From contig JAJYLD010000006.1 of NCBI GenBank assembly GCA_021788015.1, forward strand, positions 1,744 through 65,743: 64,000 bases of DNA, written 5' to 3'. The DNA comes from a bacterium (GTDB lineage Bacteria > Patescibacteriota > Patescibacteriia > Patescibacteriales > JAKAJF01). The position numbers were made by a program, and so were the translations under genes. Within the stretch, counting starts at the first letter, position 1, and the number at the start of each line of letters is the position of its first letter. The notes below the pieces were generated by a model, which ran no database searches, had not been told where the DNA came from, and was given only the letters and a program-made list of their open reading frames with translations. Below are positions 53,177 through 61,101 of this stretch, piece after piece.

Positions 53177-54574
53177 TCATCCCTCTTTCGGAGAGGGACT
53201 CTTTAAAGTAAGACCCATAATCATCCAGAACAACAAAATCCCGAAATGCAGGCTCCAAAGCCAATGGTCAAAAAGCATGGACACAGATAAGGCCGTAATT
53301 AACGCTAAACCTAATTCACTAAAATCGCTTGCATCTGCGCCAAAAATTTTAAATTTTAAATTTTTAATTTTTAAACAATTTTTAATATTTAAATAAATCA
53401 ATGAAAATAACAAACCGATAAAACCTATTATTCCCAAAATTCCGGTTTCTCCCCAAACCAAAAGAAAAACATTATTCACCGGTTCATAAAAATAAGCGGG
53501 CAATCCAGGTTTTATTTTGCCCAAAGCGAGCTCGTAATTTCCTATGCCGGTTCCGAAAAGCCAATCATGTTTTATTATTTTTTCAAAATCTTTATAAGTC
53601 TCGATTCTCTCCGAAGTCGATTTCACTTCAAGTCTCGACGACGCCTCGACGCGCGTCCAGACCAAATTGCCGAAAATCTGCGCGAGCACAAAAAAAGAAA
53701 GGCCCGTCACCAAAATACTTTTTAAAATTTCTCTTTGTCCGAAAAAATTTTTCTCGTATATGACCATAAAAAGCATGGTCAAAATCCCCAACACCAATCC
53801 CATCCAGGCCGCGCGGGAGAAAGAAAAAAATAAAGCGAAAGAAAAAGTTAAAAGTAAAAAATAGAAAAGAAAAAAGTTTATAAAATTTAAAAATTGAGAT
53901 TTGTTTAAAAATTTAAAATTAAAAATTAAAAAATTATTCTCTGTTTTGTTAGTTATGACTAAATACAGCAGAACTAAAATGCCAATCATCAAAAGTCCGC
54001 CCAACATATTCGGATGATCCAAACTTCCGTAGGCCCGAAGCCATCTTCCTCCCGCCGTTTCAACGACCGAATCGCCGAGCACCGAAGCGTTATGTATGGC
54101 CATGCCCAGACCTTTTATTGAAAAAGTCGCTTGCGTTAAAAATTGCCAGATGCCGAGACCGGCCTGAATAAAAACTCCGGCCAGAAAAGACCGAATCAAT
54201 TTTATTTTGCCATAATTCGCTTTTACCAGAACAAAAAATAGTCCTATACCCAAAAACAAACGTGACAAGGCGAATATGGCGAGAATTTTGTCGGGCGCAA
54301 AAAAGACGGAAAGAAAAGAACCTAAAATTAACAAAGTTAGAAACAATTTCAGCTTGTAGCTTGTAGCTTGTAGCTTGTAGCTTTTTTGAAAAAGAAAAAA
54401 TAACAAAATTACAATTAGCAAAACGTCCGTCGCATACAGACTTATGGTGGCAAATTCCGAATAGCCGTTTATAAAACCCGGCCTTAAAATCAGCCTGGTT
54501 TGAAAAGGCAAGATAAAAGCAAGCAGATATAATCCAAGCTCGATTACTTTATCCGTGAACATATTTTTTCCCAT
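53177..54574 (-). CDS. O-antigen ligase / Wzy_C family polytopic membrane protein
   Basis: 465 aa with more than 10 TM helices. FSFSRAAWMG motif region. Contains AT-rich low-complexity inserts and a heptamer repeat tract. Confidence 0.7.
   Translation of the reverse strand: MGKNMFTDKVIELGLYLLAFILPFQTRLILRPGFINGYSEFATISLYATDVLLIVILLFFLFQKSYKLQATSYKLKLFLTLLILGSFLSVFFAPDKILAIFALSRLFLGIGLFFVLVKANYGKIKLIRSFLAGVFIQAGLGIWQFLTQATFSIKGLGMAIHNASVLGDSVVETAGGRWLRAYGSLDHPNMLGGLLMIGILVLLYLVITNKTENNFLIFNFKFLNKSQFLNFINFFLFYFLLLTFSFALFFSFSRAAWMGLVLGILTMLFMVIYEKNFFGQREILKSILVTGLSFFVLAQIFGNLVWTRVEASSRLEVKSTSERIETYKDFEKIIKHDWLFGTGIGNYELALGKIKPGLPAYFYEPVNNVFLLVWGETGILGIIGFIGLLFSLIYLNIKNCLKIKNLKFKIFGADASDFSELGLALITALSVSMLFDHWLWSLHFGILLFWMIMGLTLKSPSPKEG
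54351..54385. repeat. Tandem heptamer (AGCTTGT) x4 plus one imperfect unit inside the O-antigen ligase-like ORF
   Basis: AGCTTGT AGCTTGT AGCTTGT AGCTTGT AGCTTTT. The reverse complement CTACAAG is the same unit as in the 17041-17090 array. Confidence 0.85.
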
Positions 54575-55452
54575 TCATTTTTGTAATATCCTCTCCGATC
54601 ATTGACATGCAATTTTAAAACACGATCATTGATGACGACGCGGGTATCTTTGTTCATGTTCTCTTTTATTTCTTTGGGCAATAAACGCAACTGAAAATTT
54701 TTTAAAAAATTTTCCGATCGGCCGAAAATAAAATCGATTGCACCGTGATAAATCCCGGGGAGACTTTTTTCTTCTTCGTGTTTTCCGGAAAAATTAAAAT
54801 TCGGAAGATAATTTTTTATCCAGGCGTTGGCTTCATAAAATTCTTTTGACATTCCTTTTTCGCCGAAAATCCGCCTTAACCCCATGGTCCAATAAACAAA
54901 ATAGATGTCATTTTCACCCATCATGAATTTTTCCAAATTAATTTCGTCTTCGGCGATATAAAAACTTAAGCAAATTTTATCGCGCATCTTCCCCCGCTTG
55001 GGTCTTAATCCGAAAACTTGCATAAGAGCGGCCGTAAAAAAACGGGTAATCCAGATTCTGTTTTTTTCCGTGATAACAAAAAAATCAATATCGCTTTCGT
55101 CTCGTAAATTGTTTTTACCGATTAAATTTCCGACGGCGATCATTTTTATCCATGGAAAAATTTTAAAAATTTTCGCGATCAGACGCGCTCTTTTTAATTT
55201 TCTGGAAGTAAAGCCGAATCGCTCTTCTCTCTTATTTATAATTTCCTCCCGTCCTTTTAAAAAATAAAACCGTTCTTTTTTTTCAATTTCTTCGATACCG
55301 CTTAACGCTTCTTCGATTTCATCCAAATCGGCTTTCGCTTTCCATAAATAATTTCGAATCTCGTCCGAGGTCAATGGATAATTAAACAAATCAAAAAAAG
55401 CAATTGTTTCGACAATTGCCCGCCTGATTTCATTTTTTCTTTCCGTTTCCAT
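54544..55452 (-). CDS. Hypothetical protein with a nucleotidyltransferase-fold-like core
   Basis: GNLIGKNNLRDESDIDFFVI resembles the NTase G-x-S..D-x-D motif. The start METERK at 55452 sits 1 nt after the rmuC stop. Confidence 0.45.
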   Translation of the reverse strand: METERKNEIRRAIVETIAFFDLFNYPLTSDEIRNYLWKAKADLDEIEEALSGIEEIEKKERFYFLKGREEIINKREERFGFTSRKLKRARLIAKIFKIFPWIKMIAVGNLIGKNNLRDESDIDFFVITEKNRIWITRFFTAALMQVFGLRPKRGKMRDKICLSFYIAEDEINLEKFMMGENDIYFVYWTMGLRRIFGEKGMSKEFYEANAWIKNYLPNFNFSGKHEEEKSLPGIYHGAIDFIFGRSENFLKNFQLRLLPKEIKENMNKDTRVVINDRVLKLHVNDRRGYYKNEWEKICSRIK

Positions 55453-55453
55453 A

Positions 55454-56545
55454 TTAATCCTCAAATTTAGGTCTATCGATCGCAAGCGCTTCGATTTTCG
55501 ATTCCGTGCCGGCGATTTTTACGACATCTTTGTCGATCTTTTTAAATTCCTTGTAAGCGTTGTTGTAATGATTCACGGTCGTGCCGATGCTTGTTCCCAA
55601 TTTTTTTAAAAATTCATCGTATGAAAGCAAATGTTTTCCCAATTTTTCGACATTGGCTTTTATCTCTTTCGCGCTTTCTTCGATTTGCATGGCGCGAAGT
55701 CCTTGCAAAACCGTTTGCAGGTAAGCCAGAAACGAGGTCGGCGAAACGATGATGACATGCTTTTCGCGAAAAGCGTATTCGATCAAGTCGCGGGTGTTCA
55801 CTTGCACGGCTCCGACTTTATTGATCAAGAGGTCATAATAAATAGCTTCCGAAGGAATGAACATAAAAGCGAAATCCATCGTTTTTTCAGTCGGCTTAAC
55901 GTATTTCGAAGTTTCATCGATGCGATTTTTCAAATCCTGCTTGAATTGTTTTTCCAATTTTTCCCGCAAATCGGAATCGGAAGCGTTCAATATCTTTTCG
56001 TAGTTTTCCAAAGAGAATTTTGAATCGACCGGAATGATTTTATCTTTTACGAAAATGGCCGCGTCGACGATCGTGCCGTCTTTAAAGCCGTATTGCATTT
56101 GATAGGAATTGGGGGGCAAAACGTTCTTTAACGTCTCTTCCAAAAAATATTCGCCCAAAACGCCGCGCTGTTTCGGATTTTTTAAAATGTCCTGCAGATT
56201 TTGGAGTTGCGCCGAAAAATTAACCACCTGCTTGTTGGTTTCGTCAAGCTTAGTCAATTTTTCCGTAACTTCGGCGATGACTTTTTGCGCTTGTCCGGAA
56301 ATGCTTTGGGAAAGCTTGATGCTATGACCTAATTGTTCTTGCGTCGCTTTGTGGGTTTCGGCCAGCTTGTTGTCCAAAGCTTGGCGCAATTCCCGATTCT
56401 GTTCGGCCAATTGACTCATTCTTTCCATGAGCGCTCCCAATTTCTCGCCCGAATCCTCCGTTTTCCGCTTTAAAAGCAGAACAATTACGGCAATCACGCC
56501 CAAAAAAATGAAAAATAATAAGAATGTCATGAGTTGATTTTGCAT
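55454..56545 (-). CDS. rmuC: DNA recombination protein RmuC
   Basis: 363 aa. N-terminal TM helix, coiled coil, and a C-terminal nuclease-like block (FAFMFIPSEAIY..VIIVSPTSFLAYL). Confidence 0.85.
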   Translation of the reverse strand: MQNQLMTFLLFFIFLGVIAVIVLLLKRKTEDSGEKLGALMERMSQLAEQNRELRQALDNKLAETHKATQEQLGHSIKLSQSISGQAQKVIAEVTEKLTKLDETNKQVVNFSAQLQNLQDILKNPKQRGVLGEYFLEETLKNVLPPNSYQMQYGFKDGTIVDAAIFVKDKIIPVDSKFSLENYEKILNASDSDLREKLEKQFKQDLKNRIDETSKYVKPTEKTMDFAFMFIPSEAIYYDLLINKVGAVQVNTRDLIEYAFREKHVIIVSPTSFLAYLQTVLQGLRAMQIEESAKEIKANVEKLGKHLLSYDEFLKKLGTSIGTTVNHYNNAYKEFKKIDKDVVKIAGTESKIEALAIDRPKFED

Positions 56546-56787
56546 ACACTTATTTTAACACAGGAAGAAAAATTTAAAAACCCGGCGGTGCACCGGGTTT
56601 TAGGGAGCTATATGTAGATATCATAAAATCTCTTTTGCTTAACCTCTCTATAAATCTCAGAAATTTGCCCAATAAAATTGAGAATTTCTTTCTGAAATGT
56701 CATTCTTGAGGTGAGGAAATTAATTGGTATCGTTTTATATTAACTCCTAATACCAACATACTTCTAATTTTAAAATGTCAAGATAGT

Positions 56788-56983
56788 TTCAAGTACAATG
56801 GGTTTGGGGGGCGGAATTGAGCGTCGGGGCGAAAAAAATATAAAATAATCAACGCGATAGCGAATTGGAGCCCCGAAACTTACCCGCGCCCGCATAGCCA
56901 TCGAAGTATTGCGGACGGGTTTGGTTACTTTCTTGGTTATTTACCCGCCTTTGAAGGGCAAGAAAGTAACTCCCAGCGAAACG
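56788..56983 (+). repeat. Family-1 repeat, copy G (with an expanded terminal hairpin loop)
   Basis: TTTCAAGTACAATGGGTTTGGGGGGCGGAATTGAG, CGTC-GG-GGCG, ATCAACGCGATAGCGAATTGGAGCCCCGAAACTT, CCCGCGCCCGCA..TGCGGACGGG, GGTTACTTTCTTG[24-nt insert]CAAGAAAGTAAC. Confidence 0.75.
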
Positions 56984-56988
56984 TCAAG

Positions 56989-57200
56989 AAAAAAAGGAGC
57001 ATTAATGCTCCCGGCATGGCAAACCATGAGCGTGGCGACTCATTTCCCTGATCGGCGTCGGATAGGGTTTTCCCGACTAATGAGGTTTAACCACAGGGCC
57101 CGAATCCGCAGTAAGTTAGATCCGCTCGCGCCGGCGCGAAAGCCCTATATGATACTCAGAGGGTTGTTTTTTATTTGCGAATAGAGCGGCGCCATGCTTG
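56989..57200 (-). ncRNA. Candidate ~210-nt structured small RNA of unknown class
   Basis: Promoter TTGACA-16-TAAAAT upstream. Terminator GGAGCA-UUAA-UGCUCC plus U7 (56989-57011). G+C-rich body. The 5' GCAUGGC pairs with GCCAUGC just before the terminator. Confidence 0.45.
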
Positions 57201-57206
57201 TATCTT

Positions 57207-57234
57207 ATTTTAATAAATCCCGCATATTTGTCAA
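57207..57234 (-). promoter_or_regulatory. Sigma-70-type promoter for the candidate sRNA
   Basis: Minus strand: TTGACA (57234-57229), 16-nt spacer, TAAAAT (57212-57207). Confidence 0.45.
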
Positions 57235-57457
57235 TTATTAATTCGTATTCACGATGACATCTTACACGAACACGAGACGAGACGCGAAAAAATATTTAAT
57301 CTAATTTTAAATTGAAATCGGGAAATTTCTTGACTTATTTTTTGCGTGTGCTATTATTTTCGGCGTTTGGCTTCAAAAATAATTTTAAGCTGAACGTAAC
57401 TAATTAAAACAAATAGAGGGGGAGGTCTTAGGGAGGCCTCTATTTTTGTGCAAAAAA

Positions 57458-58852
57458 ATGAAATTATCAGATCAAGTGTTTAAAATAAAAACTGAAACTG
57501 ATAAATTTCAAAATAAAAAACGACTAAAAAAGAAAAAAAGATTAAACATATTGCTTCCGCCCTTGATTATTCTTTTGGCTTTGAGTTCTTACTTTTTCGG
57601 AAAAGGGCAAACGGTATTTTTCCCGTTCGACATAAACACGCTTAACGCAAATACAAAAATCGGCGCTCCAACAAACCGAACCGAAACGGTTCTAAACGTC
57701 GGCGACTTGAATCTTTCTTCTCTCGCCGATCTCGCGAGCTATTCCAGTTTGCCGGTGGGCAAGGTCGAAAATTTTCCCGTTCCCGATGCCAAAGGAACGG
57801 TAATTTTAATCCCCCAAATTCACCGCAATCCGGGAAGCGCGGTAAACGACCCGTCAAATGATAACGCGCAAGTCGCCCAAGAGCAAATCTATGATATTGA
57901 AAAATATCTTAATGAAAAATACGGCATAAATTTGATTTTGCTTGAAGGCGAAGTCGAAGGCAAAGTTCCGCAAAAAGAAATCGATACCATGAAAGAAAAA
58001 TTGCGGACCGGAGACAATTTGGCCGCGGGAATCAAAGATCTTCAGGCCTCAACGGATCCGAACGTTGATCCGAGCGCGAAAGCTAAAGTAATCCAAGAGC
58101 TTGAACAGGTCTTAAATAACCTTGACAGAGACATTGTTCTAAAAGGAGGCGCTTACAGGTTGGCGGCTCAAGGCAATAACGTCGATCTTTACGGGGCTGA
58201 AATTACTTCGACCCGCGAAAAAAGCACGGATATTGTAAGAAATTACGTTTATCTCAATGATCGCATCAACAGTCTTAATGCGCCGCAAACGGCGGAATTG
58301 AATTTAAATTCCGTTTTAGGGCTTAATTCTTCCGGTTCAAGCGCCGGCCTGCCCCAGTCGTTCAATTCGGCAACACTTCTTCAGTTGCTTCAAAATTTAG
58401 GGAATCAGCAAAACTCTCAGAGTGGCGTATTTCAAGACGTGACCAATCTTGAAAATACGGCTAACGCAAATAACGATTCGCGATTGGCGGGGGATTTGAA
58501 TTCAATCGACCAAAGTTTGAATACTTTGCGGACGATCGATCAGGCGGACGCGCAAGCCGCGGCGAGCGCTCCTTCCCGTTCCGACAACCCCTATAACAAT
58601 ATAAGCGATAAGGCGAAGCTGGAACAGATGTTGAAACAATCAGAGCAACAAATTCAAACGACCATTGTCGATCAGAGGAATCAAGACGCGGTTCGGGTTA
58701 CAAGCGATACCTTAAAAAACACAAACAACCGAGTCGCCGTTCTGCAGTTCGGCGCGGGGCATGAACAAGGCATGGTTAAAGATTTTAATGACAAAGGCTA
58801 CTCGGTAATCGTTGTTACTCCGAACGAAGTTTTGGCCGTTCCCCAAAATTAA
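57458..58852 (+). CDS. Membrane-anchored TraB/GumN/Tiki-superfamily-like protein with a long Q/N/S-rich insert
   Basis: VILIPQIH (GTxH-like), LLEGE, and a C-terminal VLQFGAGHEQGMVKDFNDKGYSV (GxGH..G....GY.V). The ORF-track TTG start is at 57446. Promoter TTGACT-N16-TATTAT at about 57329-57362. Confidence 0.5.
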   Translation: MKLSDQVFKIKTETDKFQNKKRLKKKKRLNILLPPLIILLALSSYFFGKGQTVFFPFDINTLNANTKIGAPTNRTETVLNVGDLNLSSLADLASYSSLPVGKVENFPVPDAKGTVILIPQIHRNPGSAVNDPSNDNAQVAQEQIYDIEKYLNEKYGINLILLEGEVEGKVPQKEIDTMKEKLRTGDNLAAGIKDLQASTDPNVDPSAKAKVIQELEQVLNNLDRDIVLKGGAYRLAAQGNNVDLYGAEITSTREKSTDIVRNYVYLNDRINSLNAPQTAELNLNSVLGLNSSGSSAGLPQSFNSATLLQLLQNLGNQQNSQSGVFQDVTNLENTANANNDSRLAGDLNSIDQSLNTLRTIDQADAQAAASAPSRSDNPYNNISDKAKLEQMLKQSEQQIQTTIVDQRNQDAVRVTSDTLKNTNNRVAVLQFGAGHEQGMVKDFNDKGYSVIVVTPNEVLAVPQN

Positions 58853-58898
58853 AAACACAAAATCCCTCCTCTTGTTTAGAAGAGGACAGGGTGAGGTA

Positions 58899-58935
58899 CA
58901 AAAAAAGAAATGGCCTTAAAGCCATTTCTTTTTTT
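58899..58935. terminator. Bidirectional intrinsic terminator between convergent genes
   Basis: A-run, GAAATGGC-CTTAAA-GCCATTTC, T-run. Confidence 0.8.
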
Positions 58936-58944
58936 GTGCTGCCG

Positions 58945-59490
58945 TTATTTGAATAAGCCCGATGAACCTCCGAACAGTTGATCTAAAACGAACAAACTGC
59001 CCAAATTATATTGAGGACCCAAGATTCCTCCGCCACCGAAGATTCCGTTATTATTATACAATCCGTTCAATAGCATGAGATTGCCCAGATTTGTATTGGT
59101 GAGACCGTTGCCGAAAACCGTTCCGCCGCCGAATAGCCCGTTCAATAGCATAAGATTGCCCAGATTTGTAGAGTTTCCGAAAACCGTTCCGCCTCCGTAC
59201 AAACTATTTAAGAGAATAAGATTGCCCAAGGAGCTTCTGCTTCCGAGCAATCCGTTCCCGCCATACAAACTGTTCAAAAGAAGTAAATTACCCAAGGTGG
59301 AGGTTGATGTCCCCGTTGTTCCGGTGGGACAAGGCATCTGGCTCTGCGATTCCGGAAGGCAATTGACATTGTCGTTTGGTGACGCGGAGCCGCTATTATC
59401 GCTTTGGGCGAATATCGCCGTTGGATAAATTATGAGAGAAAGCAACATGAGAAAAACAATCGAAGTGAAATATTTTCTCATTTTTATCAC
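58945..59490 (-). CDS. Secreted Leu/Gly-repeat protein, paralog 1 (5 repeats)
   Basis: Signal peptide (..AIFA/QS). Five units of ~22-28 aa of type (S/N)LGNL(L/I/M)LLN(S/G)L(Y/F)GG.., ending LGSLFVLDQLFGGSSGLFK. Confidence 0.6.
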   Translation of the reverse strand: MIKMRKYFTSIVFLMLLSLIIYPTAIFAQSDNSGSASPNDNVNCLPESQSQMPCPTGTTGTSTSTLGNLLLLNSLYGGNGLLGSRSSLGNLILLNSLYGGGTVFGNSTNLGNLMLLNGLFGGGTVFGNGLTNTNLGNLMLLNGLYNNNGIFGGGGILGPQYNLGSLFVLDQLFGGSSGLFK

Positions 59491-59551
59491 CTCCTTTCTT
59501 CATTTTTAAGAAAAACGCGATAAAGGAAAAATCCCTTCATGTAAATTATAG

Positions 59552-59578
59552 TACGTAGCAATGAACCGGGATGTTACA
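59552..59578 (-). promoter_or_regulatory. ECF-type promoter TGTAAC-N17-CGTA upstream of 58945..59490
   Basis: Minus strand: TGTAAC (59578-59573), 17-nt spacer, CGTA (59555-59552), then CTATAAT. Confidence 0.5.
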
Positions 59579-59796
59579 CGCTATTTTCCTTCTGTTCCAA
59601 TTTTAGGCATAAATTCATTCTTCTCCGCAAACATCTTTTTATCCGATTTTAAGAAAATAATTTTGAGAAATATCCGAAAAGTTTTTAATTTTGATAATTT
59701 TTTCTTGACCATTTTTATTTTAATCCGCAGGGGGCAGGACCATGTCCCGCCCCCCTTGCTTTCACTTATTTTTTCGAGAAAAAGAAAATTCACCGT

Positions 59797-60339
59797 TTAC
59801 TTGAAAAGGCCTCCGCTTGTTCCGAAAAGCTGATCTAAAACGAACAAACCGCCCAAATTGTTTGTGCCCGACCCTAAAATTCCTCCATTATTCAAGATTC
59901 CGTTGCCGCTGAACAATCTGTCCAAAACGAACAGATTTCCCAAATTGGTGCTGCCCGCGCCCGTTTGACTGTTAAAAAGAGTTCCTCCTCCTCCGAATAA
60001 TTGATTTAGCATAAACAAATCGCCCAAATTGGAAGATGACGTATTTCCGACGCCCAATGCATTATTCCCGTTAAAAAGCTGATCCAAAATGACCAAGTCT
60101 CCCAAGCTCGTTTTAGTGGCGGTGGGAGTGGTCGTTACCGGCACTTGAACCGTCTGAGTATAAAGCAAAGTGAAACCGGGAGGAATGGACTGGCCGATAT
60201 TGATCACCCTCTTTTCGCCGGTGGTGGGATTGATAATTGTCGCTTTGCCGGTAGAGGCGAAAACAAAAGCCGGCGCGGCCATCAAAACCGTAAGCGCGAG
60301 AGCGATAATGTATTTTATCTGTGTTTTCATATTTTTCAC
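59797..60339 (-). CDS. Secreted Leu/Gly-repeat protein, paralog 2 (4 repeats)
   Basis: Signal peptide (..FVFA/ST). Four units of type NLG(D/N/G)LF(V/M)L(D/N)(Q/R)LF(G/S)G.., ending LGGLFVLDQLFGTSGGLFK. Confidence 0.6.
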   Translation of the reverse strand: MKNMKTQIKYIIALALTVLMAAPAFVFASTGKATIINPTTGEKRVINIGQSIPPGFTLLYTQTVQVPVTTTPTATKTSLGDLVILDQLFNGNNALGVGNTSSSNLGDLFMLNQLFGGGGTLFNSQTGAGSTNLGNLFVLDRLFSGNGILNNGGILGSGTNNLGGLFVLDQLFGTSGGLFK

Positions 60340-60391
60340 CCCCTGTCTAGATAGGAATCCATGAAAGGTTTTCCTCTATCGTGCTATATAA

Positions 60392-60418
60392 TACGTGAAA
60401 AAGTTTTAAAACGTTACA
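60392..60418 (-). promoter_or_regulatory. ECF-type promoter TGTAAC-N17-CGTA upstream of 59797..60339
   Basis: Minus strand: TGTAAC (60418-60413), 17-nt spacer, CGTA (60395-60392), then TTATATAG. Same architecture as 59552-59578. Confidence 0.5.
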
Positions 60419-60470
60419 AAAAAATAAAACCGCGACATCGGGTTTTTTAAAGCGCAAACCGTCCCTAAAA

Positions 60471-60590
60471 TCAATCAGGGATCTTCTGATCTTTGACAAC
60501 AAAAATTTTATTGTTCTGTTTTAATCTTACTTTTAAAATTCTCTTCAAGATGACAAGCGATTTTATCAAACTTAACTTTTTGTTTTTCAT
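60471..60590 (-). CDS. Possible 39-aa ORF immediately downstream of the ECF sigma gene
   Basis: Hand translation MKNKKLSLIKSLVILKRILKVRLKQNNKIFVVKDQKIPD*. The ATG is 5 nt after the sigma stop. Followed by a hairpin (AAAACC..GGTTTT). Confidence 0.25.
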   Translation of the reverse strand: MKNKKLSLIKSLVILKRILKVRLKQNNKIFVVKDQKIPD

Positions 60591-60594
60591 TTTC

Positions 60595-61062
60595 TTATTT
60601 AAATTTTAATTTTTTTATTTTTTTTAAAGCCCTATGCGCCATGACTCTCGCCGCTCCTTCGGACTGGGCCGTTAATTTTCCTATTTCTTTATATTCAAAT
60701 CCATGAATATATTTTAAAACCAAAACTTTTTTTTCTTTTTCCGGCAGTTTGTCCAAAATAATCTCGAGCTCCGGAGAAGGGGTTTCTTTTCCGGAGAACG
60801 AAAGCAAACGATCGAGATCTATTTCAATTTTGTAAGCGCGATAATAATCGACCAATTTGTTATGAGCTATTTTAAAAATCCATGACTGGAAAGGTCTGCT
60901 TTCGGAAAACTTGTCAAATTCCTTCCATGCCCTCAAGAAAACGTCTTGGGTCAAATCTTCCGCTATTTCCCTGTTTTTTCCCGTTCGATACCAAAAATAA
61001 GAATAGATCTTGTCTTTGTATTGAAAATAATATCCTATATATCGTAATTTTTCTTTGAACAT
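60595..61062 (-). CDS. ECF (group 4) sigma-70 family sigma factor
   Basis: 155 aa. Region 2 (AEDLTQDVFLRAWK..WIFKIAHNKLVDYYR) and region 4 (LPEKEKKVLVLKYIHGFEYKEIGKLTAQSEGAARVMAHRALKKIK). Confidence 0.85.
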   Translation of the reverse strand: MFKEKLRYIGYYFQYKDKIYSYFWYRTGKNREIAEDLTQDVFLRAWKEFDKFSESRPFQSWIFKIAHNKLVDYYRAYKIEIDLDRLLSFSGKETPSPELEIILDKLPEKEKKVLVLKYIHGFEYKEIGKLTAQSEGAARVMAHRALKKIKKLKFK

Positions 61063-61101
61063 AAATTTTACGATATTTGTTTGGGGATTATTTTCAAATT
61101 T

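Noticed and set aside
56608-56703. 31-aa minus-strand ORF (MTFQKEILNFIGQISEIYREVKQKRFYDIYI*) followed by a hairpin at 56581-56597
   Set aside because: It is very short, has no SD sequence and has no recognisable family. It is noted only because a terminator-like hairpin follows it.
6071-56983. Family-1 repeats as a CRISPR array
   Set aside because: The copies are dispersed over 50 kb in separate intergenic regions. They are 50-290 bp long and internally variable. There are no regularly spaced short spacers and no cas genes.
57000-57190. SRP RNA, TPP riboswitch or RNase P identity for the G+C-rich structured region
   Set aside because: There are local resemblances only (AGGGCCCGAAUCC to the Bacillus SRP Alu region on the opposite strand; CCCUGAUCGG to the TPP P4 region). 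The diagnostic cores are absent: GGAAGCAGCC with a GNRA tetraloop, CUGAGA, and GAGGAAAGUCCGGGC.
61063-61101. Possible third ECF-type promoter (TGAAAA..CGTA) directly upstream of the sigma gene
   Set aside because: The -35 match is poor, the spacer is 18 nt, and the CGTA is only ~10 nt from the ATG. The sigma gene is more likely co-transcribed with 61102..61737.
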